A DNA stretch of 64,000 nt from Lingula anatina (Eukaryota; Animalia; Brachiopoda): positions 50,446,788 to 50,510,787 of the forward strand of contig CM120640.1 of assembly GCA_051362555.1 (NCBI GenBank), read 5' to 3'. The position numbers and the translations under genes are program-made. The notes beneath the pieces were generated by a model. That model was not told the DNA's origin, did no database searches, and saw only the letters and a program-made list of their open reading frames with translations. This document shows positions 20,355-35,400 of the stretch, one piece after another (the first letter of the stretch is position 1; every line of letters starts with the position of its first letter).

Positions 20355-21082
20355 CAGCCGATGTAATAACAAAGCCAGATAAAAATTCTATTCCCGTTTA
20401 TACAGTCACATAAGGAGTTGAATATTTCGTAGTTTTTAGACTTTCATCTATTGATAATGGCAAACTCTCAGGAAATTTTTATAGAACAGCCGAAGTAAGT
20501 TAAGGCATGTGGGATGTTTAAGCCAAAAGTATTCGAAAAGACCATTCTTCATACATGTTTAGAACTCTAAAAGTTTGTTAGATTGTCAACCCATATCTCT
20601 GCTTAATCAGTCCAATGACGATAATGTGCTTTTACCATATGATCGCTAGAACTTACATGTATATGATGAACCCAAATATAATCTTTTTTGGCTGTAAATT
20701 GTAACATACCGGTGTCATACAGTAGACTGCTTTTCTCGATAAATAAGCAAAATTAAGAAAAAGTATTTATGCTGTGTTACCGAATAGATATGGACTGAAA
20801 GATTGCCAGGGAAGAACTACAGTCGCGAAATACTTCTTCACTTTCGAACTTCCTACATCTTATAAATTCCTATGCCAACTAACTTGTGAATTAAATCAAA
20901 ACGCTGCTATTAATTAAACTTAGTTAACTTTATTTTCATATTAAAAAGCATATATGTAGAAAGTATATCTATGTTGGCTTTTGAGATTTGTTTGCTTCTG
21001 TACAGTCACATTAGTGCGTCATTTAAGGCAATGTAGAAAAGTTTGAACAGCCGATCGTTAACACCAAAAGAGCGCGCTTCTG

Positions 21083-22598
21083 TTAGTTCACAGCAAATTC
21101 CAGTTGGTAGCATCCTAGTGCCTGTTCCTTGTGACTGAATTCTGCTTTAACTTTGAGTGTAGTTGCCGGGACGCTTATGGGCGGTTTTGGTAGGGCGACG
21201 CTAAGAGGGGGTACAACGTATGTGCCCTGGAAGAAATATATAAATTAATCATTTCCAAATAGATTTTGATAATTAACTCAAACATGCACAGGCGTTTGCT
21301 ATGGTGTTTAAGTAAATCTTGGACCCATTATGCAATGTATAATGAGTCCAAAAGTAAATCTAAATTACCACTGACGTTTATCAAATCATGTTTGACGATT
21401 ATACATATGAAATGCAGTCTCAGATCAAGCACTGTACACATAGAAATAGTTTGTAAAATAAAAATACCCATTTAAATTAAAAGGACTTGACACAAAACAA
21501 TATTCGAACGCATGAAACTTACTGCTTTCACCGGGCACTTGCACTGTAACCCGATCTTAACAAGCTGAGGCGGACACTGTTGGGAGGGTGGCATCATAGC
21601 GCATACATTGGCATATGAACAGCTGCCTACGTTGTCTTCACATGGAAGAGTGATCCAGAAGAACTCTTTGGCTTCCATGGTCACCTTAACTGAGATAGGT
21701 GAGACCAGATTTTCCTTAAAAATAACTGAAACATAAAAGACAATATGAGAAAATAACAAATGTCACTATATTTGTCCGCAAGATCGAGTCCTATTTTATC
21801 AAATTCAAAATGACTACATTTCTAGTGTAGGGCATTTTCTTACGCATTGCTTCTCTTTATGAAAATCTACCAAAGCTAGTGTTTTGAAAGACCGTTATTA
21901 CTCTCAAATGCAGAGCTTCCCCCAACTTGAACAAACATAATTGGCACCAATGTTTCAGTTCTAACATAAAAAAAAAATTACAAGAAAAGCAAATCCCCCC
22001 ACACTCTAAAACACTGATATATGTTGATGAGTACAATTATAAATGCAACCAATAGTGGCGGTCATACCTGCTCCGCTGACTGTTATGTTCCCAGGTACTC
22101 GGACGGGCTGTGGCGAAAGTGTCAAGTTCTTTACGACAATAGGATCACTAGCCTGGCCACAGTTTGTCCACAGCTTTAGCTTCGCAAATTTAACGCTACT
22201 TTTTACAACCTAAATAAAATTGAATTCGCTATTAAATAAAAGCCTTAGATTTTATATTGTATCAATTTTGCAATGTTTTATGTTTGCGAACTTTAACTTG
22301 AACACTTTTTATCATCTCATCTGGTTCTGTTACAGAACTTTGAAAATGTTATAGACTTTTGAAAGAGAAATTAACTCGAGGCGTAGAGAAATTGAGGAAC
22401 TCGAGTTCGCTTCGAGACACGTTTCAGTGTTGTATAAACCAAGTAATTAAACAATACCAAATGGATAATACATACTTGTACTTCTTTCTCTAAGCTTTCT
22501 ATGATATCGTTTCCAAACTTCAAACTTGGCCATCTAGCCTCACACAAAGAAAACAGCAGCAGAAATGATAGAACGATCGGCAAAGTTTTAAAATCCAT
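21083..22598 (-). CDS. GM2A: Ganglioside GM2 activator protein (ML-domain lipid-binding protein)
   Basis: Exons 22598-22476, 22209-22068, 21725-21523, 21226-21083. Signal peptide, WTNCGQASDPIVVKNLTLSPQPVRVPGNITVS, WITLPCEDNVGSCSYANVC, CKCPVKAGTY, ALGCYQLEFAVN*. Confidence 0.9.
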
Positions 22599-25529
22599 TT
22601 TTGTTGGAGAGGTGTACTGAAAACAAAATACAATATTTATATGGCAGAATAATATGAAAAAAGTTTATCATAAGGGAAAAACGCTTATCTTTTTTTGCGT
22701 TATAAAATCATAACAAAAATGCCTTTAAATACAATTAACAAAGAGTACATAAAACCTGTGGGTGTTAATCTTGGAAAGGTCTGGTACACATTCTAAAGAT
22801 GATTTAAACATATAAACAGGCTTTCCATAGCAAAAATTGACTTTTCTTCAAATCTTCACTTTCGGCTTTTGATATTTTTATTAGCATCTCAAACTTTGCA
22901 TTCCAATAAAGGTTCGGCTTTGAACACAAAAACTTCTCTTCAAGTAATTTTCTTTTCATAACTACTTGCGTTACTTTTCTTGGAAACTCGTGCAGAAAAT
23001 GCTGTCAGAAATTGGTCATGAGAAAGCCAATAACAGAGAAAATACTATGAATGTTCAAAAGGATATCATTAACAAACAAACAAACAAACAAACAAACACT
23101 GCATTACAATCGAAAAAAGGTTCATCTGTAAACAAAAGGAAATCTTTTTGCCAAAGCAAAACACACTTGCCAAATACTTTACCTTTCTAGACGCAACTTT
23201 CTTTCAAGATAACCCCAACCCCCTCTCTAGCCCTACATTACACGATGCTTTATATGTTTTGCCCCGGGTGACTACTTATATAACATGCACAATGCTAGAC
23301 AATGAGCAACAAATGGTTTATCGAGATCACTCAGCGAGAGAAAGCTTACGAGGTGTATGGAATAATAGGAATATTTTCACCAATCTTTAATTCGGAACTA
23401 TGCATGCTGAACTTGATTCCTGTCTTACCGAAAGAGTCTTATTAAAAACGTTACCGCAATCCTACCTATATAAGAATAAAAGATATAAAATATATCTAAA
23501 ATATGGCTATAAGAATAGAGATGCACGCGCGAGGCAAGCTATCGGTTCGTAAATATGGTCCGCACGAGGGATGAAATCTTGAATGTCCAAAGAGCATATG
23601 TACAAGTATGATATTCATATGTAAATATACACTTTTACTCATATTTATATAACCCGCATAAGTATATAACGGAACGTACAGATAAGCTTAGGCTTAGGCC
23701 TTCATTTATCTCAGGACATAATCCCTACATACCTTAATTAGGTCATTTACATTTCAACTTAGGACAGTAAGATGTAAGTTCACAACTCGATTCACTTTTC
23801 ATATAAATAACGCCACGCATATAAAGAACAAATTTACGAATCTTATCATGCTATACCTGGCTCCTCGCTGTTTGTTGATATAATATAATGACGCCTGTAC
23901 CTGAGGTGATAGTCCGATTTGTTACAAGGGAGAGGCAGTGCAGCTTCTAGCTTCTATATCTAGCAGACCAACGATGGACCAAAACCCAGAGTTTGTGTTT
24001 TGAACAATAAGTGGACCGCAGCTGATACATTTAGCGTGATAAATCGCGTGACTCAAAACATCATGTGCTTGTACGCTCCAGTGGATGCACCGCAGTTAGA
24101 ACTGGATCCTAGGTCAGAATGAGGCTGTCTAGCGAACAGTGTTAAGAAACATATAAGCACCTACTACAGATTCTAACATACGTTGCATTTAAGAACCACT
24201 ATTATATACAAAAAAGATTTAAATACTTTTAGTAAATAAAAGAGTTATACAAGACATGGTATTCGTTTGTAGGGTATAGGTCTATTCTAGGCAGCGTCTC
24301 AAAACAAGTAGGCCTAAAGATACGGTACCTGTACCCACCATGATAAGAAAGATATTCAAGAGGACTCTGCCGCACAATCACCTGAATCACCTAGACCTGG
24401 CTGGTATATGAATGTTAAAAATCAGTAAATCGATGGGCACATAGTCTATACTCACTGTTTCGGCGAATATGTTCCTTTGTTTTCCAGTGACCCAGCCTAT
24501 AAACTAAAGTCCACTTAGGTGTATTCACCGCATGGGCGCAGTTTTGTGTAAGCGTGTTTTGACCGAAGCTTGCATAAGGTTCACCTGCAGGCCTCAGTTT
24601 AGCGTTACACTGCTGAATAGAGTGCATTAAACAGTTTGTGTATTCACTGTTCGGATTCATACGATCACACCAGCAGATTTATTTACATGATGTGGTTTAC
24701 TTGAAATGCAAAGTATTACGCAGTTGACCTACATGTACCGGTAAAAGCACACGGTGAGAGTTAGACCTTTACACAGCAGAGAATAATTTATCATGAAATT
24801 CGAAAAATAAAATCATACCGCAGCTTTTTCCTCGCCTAAAGATCGGCAACTGACGTGAAGATACGGGAAGCAACTATAAACTCTCAAGTACTAAAGTAAT
24901 GCGAAAATCAGCGATGCATTTTGATACATGAAGTTGAAAAATAGCAGGAAAATACCAGTGGTACATGTACCTTCTACCCGGGCTACAGATGGATTTTTCA
25001 CAAGATATTAAAAGATATGTCTTTAGATAAATAGATGGTGATTTGGTTCTCTGGAAATCTGGAACATGTGCCTATAATATCTGCCACCCTGGTAGAGGGT
25101 ACACCAGTGGTGGGTTTTCACGTTATTAAATGTTAAACATGCATCAAGAGAACGCTGAATATGAAAAATACCCAACAATGCACAAGATTCTGAATTTTTT
25201 ATTGATCGCATTTAAAACTTTTATATTGATATTATTGAATAACGGTATTTCGACGTATAACGTTATGTCAAAATGTTATATTGAAAATCAGACTATATTT
25301 TGATACAGGTGACAAAAATTGATGAATGAGTCAGTGATCTTTAAAATGCAATTTATATGTGACGCAGTGTTGATATCAAAACTATAAAATTTTGATATCA
25401 AAACATCGTCATTGGACACAGTTTGCAACAGTCTACATGTACAAGTTGATAAATTAGCGTTTGATTTTCAGGCCGTTTCTCATCAATGGCGACAATCAGC
25501 AGCTGACATCTGTATTCCGCAAAAAGGTC

Positions 25530-26491
25530 TTAGAAGCTGAAATAATCCAAATGATGAATTGTTTGAGCGGATAACGCAATGCTACAATGTTTTTGATGGA
25601 AAAATTTGCTATAAGTTATGTTTAAATAAAGCAAGATCAGATTTTGTTCTACGATACTCATGGTAAAGTTGCATATCGCAAAAATACGCAATAAACGAAT
25701 AAACTATTTTATCATTAAGCTGCATTCAAACATTTTTTTACAGATCCGTAAAACCTATATGCGCGTGTTAACCTACTTTCCAAATGAATGTTGAATTTGT
25801 GTCATACTTTTAAAAACTTGCATTTTTGGGTTTCGCTTTCTCTATTGACTTTTATGGTGTAACTCTTGTTGTACAGTACATAGGTCCATATTAAAGCATC
25901 TTCTTTAATTTTTCTTAATAAATATTTTAAACCTATAGTTTCCATCTTTTTACTTCTTGTAAGTAGTTCAGGGGACAAATAAATGAATGATATAATCTTC
26001 TGCCTCAATCTGAAGTTTAGTTTGCTTCAAAAGTATATAAGATCTTACCTGCTGCAATATTCTGCAATGGGCCTGCAAAAAGCAAAGTTGCCAAAGCATC
26101 TGCATATTCTGCCTTGGAAGACGCTTAGCCAAGTTGTGCCGGAAACACAGCTGAGGGGTTGCTCTAGGCATCTTATGACTCCGCCAGATCTGCACACGCA
26201 TAATCTTCCTTCTGCGATAAAAATACTCCCAACAGGGACGCTTGACTGACCGATACTGCACTGGTTGCAGAACGCCAACGTACAGGCGAGGGTACCGGCG
26301 GCACAACCGCAACTGTTGCAACCATCGAAGAACCCCAAACCAAACCCTCGTGTTTGTGGACCAAGAGACAGGTTAGGCGTTTCAGTTAATAACCCACCGC
26401 TACCCCATGGGGCGACGAGTTGTTGGCCTGATGCTTGGTATAATATCACAAGGACATACATGTAGATCGACAGGTTGGATTTCATCTTCAT
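25530..26491 (-). CDS. Small secreted Cys-rich protein (~149 aa) with a pacifastin/VWC-like module and two 4-Cys modules
   Basis: Acceptor at 26498-26499, ATG 26491, signal-peptide-like MKMKSNLSIYMYVLVILYQASG, 14 Cys, DGCNSCGC...CTLAFC. Donor gtaag at 26048; the proposed last exon 25536-25530 (SF*) is less certain. Confidence 0.7.
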
Positions 26492-27477
26492 TCTGTCCTG
26501 GATAAACGAATTAATGGCAAAAAACAAAGGACCGTTTCTAGTTCGCTTACAACCGCGGGTTATGCTTGCCAAGAGATGACGAGAACCATTTATAACAGAA
26601 ATAACGCGTGTACTCTTTATTTAAGAAAAGAGAGATCGAAATAGATAAAATTTAAATGCTTCTAACTTTACAGGTGTTGAATTGAAATATCCTTTTTGGA
26701 CGTACATATACATTTCTATCACGCAACACGTCCTTTTAAAAACAAATGAAAATATTGATAACAGAACAAATTATCACAATATATATTCCACTTGCCAATT
26801 ACACAGTTGGAGAAGCACGTCCAGATAACCATAAGTAACATGATGATGAGACGCGCGCTCACCTTTGCTGTCAAGATAAGGCCCATGCGGTAACGGCTAG
26901 ATGCGAACATGTAATAAATTGTCATTTTTTGAATATTTCTTCAATAAAACGCGTTTGTCAAGTTAAGATAATAGTTCTGGCAATATCGTACCTTTCCCAG
27001 GCAAACGCAAATATAATATTAATGCGACAATCTCATCAAAAGGTAATAAATTTACCATAATTCTAAACATAGGCTTAAGCCTATCCTGAACGGACTAAAT
27101 GGATTACAAAGATAATGTTTAATAATACGATATTATTAAATCCTCTATATTTAGCTACACTTGAAAGAACCCAGAATTTATGAAAAAAACCCTTGGTTTG
27201 TTTGGTATTTTGGAATTACTTTAATATTTGAAAGTTCTGTTGCGGTTTTGAAAGTTACTAAAGTGTTATTTGTTAGTTCTGTAGAAGTTTGTGTATAAGA
27301 CTAAATATATTTTGATGTTTTTCACAATTGAGCACTTTGATATTGACCAGTTTTGCATCGATTGATTCAATTCTTTATGCTCTGTTAAGAATATGTTTAG
27401 CACCCCTCTCTCTCTCTCTCTCAGCCGTCTCTCTCGCTCTCTCTTCTGGTAATATAACAGAGGTAAGAAATACACAC

Positions 27478-27480
<3 letters not shown>

Positions 27481-27521
<41 letters not shown>
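27481..27521. repeat. (TA)n microsatellite
   Basis: About 20 TA units seen directly. Confidence 0.95.
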
Positions 27522-27524
<3 letters not shown>

Positions 27525-28039
27525 AAATACAAAATTCGTCGACTAGTGTCGACACACATGGTACTCTCATTTACTTACGGTGTTGTATGAAATCTAATGG
27601 CATTCCCTATGATTCTAGCCAAGGGCAGTATTTTTAATAATAAAGTAAAATTACAGAATTAATAATAATAATAAAAGTAGTAGTAGGTCTAGTGTATGGT
27701 GTATTTTTAAACCTCCATGACCTATTTGTGCGTATATCATTCACCCATAAGACACCTTTCCCCATTTTGCATTACGGTGAATGTTTTAACATTAACATGT
27801 GATTATATCGATTAAAATTTAATTGGAAGTCACATTTGTCATAGGTTCTACCAATGGGGAGTAACGTGAATTGCCATAGTAATGCATTTGTGGGTACGTG
27901 ATCACCTATTCACTCCCAAGTCTGAGTGAATGAACAACAACTGCAATCGTTACAGACCACACTTTTTAGTTAAGATATTACACACCAGGAAGTCAAAGCT
28001 TTGTAAACAATATATCTGCAGTTATTAGTAGAATTTCAC

Positions 28040-28480
28040 AAAAAACCATTACGGTGTCTCACTGTTGTTTTCACTGCAGCAAATCAATTAAAGAGTTTTA
28101 GGGTGTTTGATATTCAGACAGATTCAGTATTTCTGATTATCACCATACCAGCAGCTCAGTTTATACCAAACATGTTTTATGGAAGATAAAATTGACATAT
28201 ATCACAATGAGTTACAATATGTCAATTTACTAATCTCCAATACTGGGTTTGTAATTGGATCTCACCGTCTTAACCAGCTGGTGCCTTTCTGTATTACCTT
28301 GGTTTATGAAATCATATGAAGCAATTTATCTGTAAATTGGATTCGCCTTTAGTACACAGAGTGTTCTTGTCGATCTTACGATATTGTTAACAACCAATCA
28401 GTGTTTTTTTAATGTACAATAGAAAACGTTCTAAATTAAAAGGATTGGTTTTATGCAAAGCATATCTGTATGAAGTTCCA
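28040..28480 (+). mobile_element. Highly degraded LINE reverse-transcriptase remnant (tentative)
   Basis: Frame-broken fragments in RT order: GVSLL (like PISLL), QY.GF (like QYGF), VLVDL/YDIVN (like FVDLSKAFDTVN), KAYL (like xSYL). Confidence 0.35.
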
Positions 28481-28634
28481 ATACCACTGGTCTTTTAAGA
28501 TAATGAAAAAATTCTAATTCTAGATCTTTCATTGATATGGAGATCACACCTTTTGGACCTTATTCTTCGGGTGAATTGATTTTGAGTTGGTATCGACGTG
28601 GTGACAGTCTCCGCGGGATGTGCCCCAGGGCTCA

Positions 28635-28742
28635 CCCAGCAAACACGTCACGTTCGGATCACGTGGCTAGCACGTTGCTACCACATTATAACGTCATAGT
28701 GACGAATTAACCATGTGGTACCAACGTGGCTTGTTTGCTGGG
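28635..28742. mobile_element. Small MITE with CCCAGCAAACA TIRs
   Basis: cccagcaaaca...tgtttgctggg with a partly palindromic interior. Confidence 0.7.
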
Positions 28743-29306
28743 CAGTCCAACAGATGTGGTAGTTGGTATCCCAGGCAACAGTGCTTGTTGAGGGTGGGTT
28801 ATTCTATCCGCTCATGATATTGCCTCTTTCACTCTTCGTCCGAACCTGTCCCCCTCTTTGTCAAGGATCAAAATGCTTTTGAAAAGTATGGCCGGGGGCT
28901 TGCAGGTGGGTCAATACTGCAGAGTCATATGTGTCACCTGAGCTAAGGCGTCTGTGAGGGTACATACTGCTTTTTAAAGAGACAATTCTGCTTCCCCGAC
29001 ATATGAGTTTTTGGACTCAATGTCCTTGCTCCTTAATATAATACACCGTACACAACATTTGGCACCTTTCCTTAGGCATTTTCTGTCTTTCACATAAACT
29101 AACTGGTTTCTTAATTTGTTATTTTAATAAATTTCTTTGTATGATTTGAGATTGAAAATATGTTGTAAATCAATGTAATGTACTTAGAATGGAGAAATAT
29201 AAATTAGATTAGATAGATTTCATGATTTCGGGCGCTGAGATTTATGAACAAATGGACGGTAGTGACAGGACGTTATGTTTCAGCTATCTACCTTATTCTA
29301 ACAGTA

Positions 29307-29693
29307 AAACCTGCATCTGCTGTCTTGCATGTGGAAATTATGTTTGCTTTAAGCATTCTACCCAAACCATTCTGTTTTGTTAATGTTCATGCATAATCAC
29401 AGTAAAAAATATTTACGTTCGTCAAAATACACATACGTTCTGAATAGAAGGTATATTTCATCACGCATCCTATGAACGGAAAGTTATCAATATTTCACTT
29501 TTGGCACATAACCCCTCTTAATTGACTTGTAACATACAGGCAATAACAAAGCGGCTTTTTTGTCCTGTCTCTAGGTGAAAAGCCCGCATCTGCTGCATTA
29601 CATGTGGAATAATGTTTTTAAACATTCTACACAAAGCATCCTGCCTAATTGATGTCAAAACACACAGTGGAAAATATTTACGTTCGTAAAAAT
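29307..29693 (+). repeat. Diverged local direct duplication (~120 bp)
   Basis: gcatctgctg...catgtgga...cattctac...cacagt..aaaatatttacgttcgt.aaaat occurs at ~29307-29430 and ~29578-29693. Confidence 0.7.
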
Positions 29694-30327
29694 AGATCTT
29701 GACCATTATTATTCTTTTATTTAATTCATGAGCATTTTTCAGTGGTATTTGCCTAGGGAATCTGCTTAATTTCAGGTTTTGTTGAGTCTATCAGAAAACA
29801 AAACAAGACTGCTTACCAGATGTTGCAGAATATAGGAATATACTCCAAAAATTCTTTTGTCCACTTCCATACAATTCAACTATATATTCACTTGGTTGGT
29901 ATGACTATTGATAGCAATAGGCCTATCAGGTAAACAATAACTGGATTTTGGCTGGACCAAAATTAATTCAAAAATCGATATGCAAAATGAGTTCTGATAC
30001 ATTGTATTCCTCGAATGCAAAAAGGCGATGCTGAAATTAGTGAAAAGTGTCTAGAAATTATGCGTCCACTATCCCTTTATTGACCAGTCCTTGGGGCGGG
30101 TGCGTATCAATACTACTCTTAGGGACTCGGCGACATTTTCGAGAAAAATCGACAAAAAATGAAAGCAATCCATGTAACCTTTATACCGAATGAATTCCCA
30201 AATACAGGGCATATTCATCAATTGACCTCTATATCTTGGCTGAAGGGGATAACATCCCACATCCAATTCTGCTGTTGAAAAGAAACAGCAAAGCATTGAA
30301 AATATTATTTTGAAACAAGGTAATACA

Positions 30328-30551
30328 ACATTAGTCAAAAAGGTTGTCCCACCCCCAGTTTCATGCGGTTTTATTTATAAATGATCACATCACAGGAGTT
30401 AATTGCTATGAATGGCGATTTTCATTCCAGATACCATAACTAACATGATCAGTGGTACAAAAAATACAAACACTATTTATAACAATTTTCATGATCATTT
30501 ATAAATAAAAGAACATGATACTGGAGTTGGGACAACCTTTTTGGCCAATGT
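30328..30551. mobile_element. MITE with ~60-bp TIRs
   Basis: acattagtcaaaaaggttgtccc...ttttatttataaatgatca versus tgatcatttataaataaaa...gggacaacctttttggccaatgt. Confidence 0.75.
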
Positions 30552-32413
30552 TTTATAATAATATGTTTTCCGTACCTGTTTTCTGTGGCGGCAAAGGCGG
30601 CGTAAGATAACAATGTTGAATATTCTTGAGACCATTCTTGAGTGTAAGTATTTTAAAAAAGGTCACAAGAGGTGCACGGTCTATAGGATTACAAATGTTT
30701 CTTTGTCTGTCATTGATTTTACATAATTCCATTGGACCAGTTAAAGGTGTGAACGTTTGCAAGAAGGCCGTGAGGGCGTCGACCGCGCCTAGACGTGCAG
30801 CAGTATATTTTTTCAATTTCAATTTTGTGCCTGTTACTGTTTTTTTTTAAATTGTTCTCGCCGATTATCTTCTGAATGCTGGTTTTGCACTACCCGAAAG
30901 ATTTAATTTTACTTGAATAATAGCGACAGCACCATATTATTTGAAAAGTCTCTGTCATGTTGATAAAAATTTCTGCTATTTTAAGTTCAAATCAAAAATT
31001 GCAATGATACATGTAAACCGTTCACTTAACTACTGTCCTGTGTTCCTTATTACTGTGAGAAATCGTGTGCGACCGATAAACCAATAAAACACCTTGATAC
31101 CATACGCAACAGTCTGCCATGCAATGGTCGATAGAGGTTTGATGTAAAAGAACACCATGTGCCGACTTCTCAAAATAAACAAATAAAGCAATTGACGTCC
31201 AACCGTGAACCTGCGTTTTGAGCGACCTAGTCATAATTTCGATTATCTCTTTCGGCAGATCTCCCTCCAGTTATGTTCTTGTTCAGGAAAAAATACAGAT
31301 GGTAAGTATTGAAAATCAATGCAATGCTGATAGGGAAGCATTTTCGACAACCCTTGCTCTTTCACTGAAGGAAAGATCAGTGAAGTATGCGGAAGCCTTT
31401 CCTTAAGTTTAGATAAAAATCTTGTAGTAAAAAGGATCATGAAATACACAACAATTGTCGATAAAACATGAATAATTTTTTCTTAGCAATAAGAATAATA
31501 AAAAGTTGTATTACGGCAATTGCCGAGATTACTGCAGTCACGTCGGCTGGGATGTAAAGAGAAATGTGCTACAAGCACTTTCCAATAAATTTCGATAGTA
31601 AAGTAATTGATTGAAATATTTAATTCAATTAGGATCCATAGCTGGGTGTCAGTTGGCATTTAGACGGTTATGCAAACCCTGGAAAATGTCTTAATTGGCT
31701 TAGGTGCCGCGGATATAAATGCATTATGATAGGACAGACGTGATGCTTTCTGAGGGGAACCAGTGTCTTGTCATATTGACATAATGTTAAAAGCAACAGA
31801 CAGGTCAATACACTTACAAGCACCATACTATACTTCAATTAACGAAAGTTGTTCACCTTCCCACGGAGAGAATCCACTTATAAAGTCTTTTTTAACACAT
31901 CCAGAGGGCGGAAGATTTTTAAGTTGCACTTCAGAAGAGCAAATTCAAGACGAATGGAATCTTAATTTGTCATGAACTTGAGTTGGTGGACGCATTGTTC
32001 TAATTACATCCGAGGCATGCGCGGGTTTACGCCAAGCGTCAGCTGACGTCTATCTGTGAACATTACTTATCTGCACTTCAACAGTGCAAAGGCTTTTTCC
32101 GCTCTTGTACGGCAGACAGGATAAAACAAGAAGGATAGCGGTCTCATGGATGAGTTAACCCGTATTCCATTTAATGTGGCAAAATGTTTTATCAATTAGG
32201 TAATCTGACGTGTCCTGATGATAATGCACCTGAGCCACTTTTGTCGCGAAAAGGAAACTGGTTTTCAATCGCATCTGTATTAAGAAGCCTTTATGTAAGT
32301 CTCTTCAGTTGATTTAGATGTAAGAAGGCTTCGATCTTGACGTTATTTTAAAAGACAATTACGTGATTTCAGCAAACTGACTTGGTTAAGTGTCTCCAGC
32401 TAAGGTTGCCGTA

Positions 32414-35400
32414 ATGTTACACATCTGGATTGTCTACTGCCTTTTCGGTTGCCTTTTTGGTACTGTTACAGTGACTGGCGAGGAAACGAAACCTGCCGCA
32501 AAAGGTAAGTAGGTCTCCCCACAGCAGCATAAAACCAAGAAAAATAATATTTTGCAGATTATTTTTAATGGCTAAAAGACAATATTTGGAATTAGGATTA
32601 TACATTGACAGGCTTGCAAATAAAGTTTATGAATTATTGTCATCAGAACCTGCGTTATATACTACATGTATTAAGCATGGGTTACTGATCACATCATGGG
32701 TAATTTCGTTATTGACTAATTTTCCTAATATCTGTATTAATCTTTCGTATGTTATGTATGAAACGCAAAAATTCTTTCGGCATAAGCTGTATGTAAAAGT
32801 TTGATCGAAAGTCATTGTATGATGTTTATTGATTGTCACTTGTGGGACTACTTCTTGTTCGTTTCTTTAAAAAAGTTTGAATGCCTAAAGTCACCCGAAG
32901 GTACATTCTCATTGGCAACTGTAATTCGCAATGCCAAATTATTCGATCTACCTTAAAAGAAAAGAAATTGTTTTTGCTTTTGGTGTGTTTATTCATAACT
33001 TCATAACGTTTTTTCTGTACATGTTAATGCGTGCAGTCTTGTACCATAGATCTGGTATGTGTTTTCCCTCCCTTAATGCGATGTCAACCATATCCAATAG
33101 TGTCCCTGACCCATAACTACTTCTTCCTTTAATGGCAGTTTTGTGATTAATCAATTACCATAACCTAGATGACTTAGTCAGTGCCCTAGACTGTGCCAGT
33201 ATTGTTAAATACAACGTCTGTGGCACTGAGTTACTTTTTAGAAGAGAAGCTCTAGCTTTAACACATTTCGGGCATTACCCCAGTAGTTGAGATTCTTCAT
33301 GTTGCATTGTCCTCTCACAAGAAGTACTGCTTGTCTTTTTATAAGACTTATTGTGGCTAAAAGTACTAAAATGTCATTATTGAAGTTAGGTCATGTTATC
33401 TCTCAGGCTAAAAAATTTCATACTGTTATAGAGAGTTGAGCCAATTAACGGTCGATCAATTGTCGGATACATGTACTTCATCTGTTTTTACACAACTGAA
33501 GTAATAATTACATTACATTAAAAAAGTGATTTCAACAATAATTGCGTACACTCAGTAGGAGGAACAAAAGATTCACACTTATTTATTAGATTAAGTACGT
33601 GTGCCTCTTTGTCAAATGACATGTGTGTGAGTGAGAGAGTACGCGTGTGCTACTTCAATAAATGATAGCAAATACAATGAAAAATTACAATGCGCAACAT
33701 CTGCTGAAACGGTTTTCAGGATTTTGCGTCGATTTGTTTAATATGTTTTGGTAGAATAAAATGTGAAATGAACATTGACTAAAGATTGCCAGCTGTATTC
33801 TGTCAGTTAATTTCTGTGTTTATGGTATATTAAGCTTCTTTTTTGTTTACCTCTGAATTACCATACTGAAAGACGAATATTAAAGGATATGCGGATATCT
33901 TTCACAACAAGCAGGCCATGTTGTTTATGCTGCTATTTGAGTCCCCGAAAAGTCAATTTCGATCAATGTAAACAACATCCCAAGGCCTCATTATCGGGTA
34001 CCTTTCGATGATACAGCTAAATAAATATAGGCAGATTTAATGAGGCATCACTTTCTAATGAGTTGGTGTTTCTGTGGGAATAAACCCACAGAATAACGAT
34101 AATTCGAAATGGACAGCAGATGTCTTACATTATGTCAATTTGTGCCAATGAGTTTTATAAACAGAAAATGGAACTACACGAAGCGAAGAAATTCAAGTGT
34201 AGCCTAACATCTTACATCCATGCCAACATGGAGAAGCTCACCTCTTTCCAGGCCTCGCTCCATGATGTTAACCTTCGGGTATCGAGGCTGGTGGCAGCGG
34301 CTGAATTGGTTTATTTTCAACCGTGCCACTAGAACTTTTGGAATTAAGTTAATGCCATCAAAACACTTACTAAGTGTCACAGGCCGTTTTTGCATCACTT
34401 TTGTAACAACCTACATTTAAAGCAGTTCTTTTTTCATAAAGCGTGAAATGCGAGAGGACGATATTTTTTACCTTTACTCTAAATTATGGCCATGTTTCAG
34501 ATTATTTAGTAACTGTAGAGCTAGACGAGGATACCAAGCATTATAAGATGGTACCAGACGAATGTGAGTTCAAAAGCATGCTAGGAGAAAACATTGCGTC
34601 ATAGTTATGTGAGATACTGTGGAAATATTATAAGACCATTTTCATCTGTCATATTCCTCAAGTAGAGTTGAAATAACAGTATCAGGGCTTTTCCATGAGT
34701 TTGAGTTGCATGAACGTACAGCGTTGTGTGGCGCTCATTTATATAATATTCACTTGTACTCAAAATGGCGTGCTGGTTCCTATGATATATAACTGTGTCT
34801 GCGTGTGCGTGTGCTTCTATCCAATCCCTAAGAATAAAAAAAGTTTTATCAGAGCATGAGTATTATCTTGCCTATTTATTTCAACATATTCTTGGATCTT
34901 TCTCTTTTGCCCATGCTGCATGTTTTCTGAATCTTTTTAGTATTGCCCTTTCTATTCAAACTTTAGCTTCTCTCACGTCTATTTAGAATTACCAATCCAA
35001 ATAGCCATCAAAATCTTCCTTTATAATTATAATTCTGAGGAGCAGGTTCGCCTGGAGAAAATGATAAATTCGTGGTATAGTACATACCTTTCAGAAAAAG
35101 TTACGTTAAATTTTTAAGGTAAGGTACTATGCGAGAAACATTTGGTTTGAGAAACGTTTTTGCGTAAATGGATGAAAATTATTTTAGATCATTTGAAACT
35201 TAGGACAGAATTTTTTCTAACCAAGTAGTATGTCGCTGCTAATTTGATTTTAGAATAATGCTCGATGGGTTTTAATGTTTTATTAAAACAAAGAAGCGAT
35301 GTTTTCAAATGTAGGTGTACCAAACAGAGTAAGTCAGGAAGAGAAGCTAATCAAGGATATGTTTGAGGATTACGACAGTAGATCCAGACCAAAGCTGAAT

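Noticed and set aside
24415-24660. 81-aa minus-strand ORF as a possible further exon of the Cys-rich gene
   Set aside because: No recognisable motif or fitting splice phase; more likely repeat-derived or chance.
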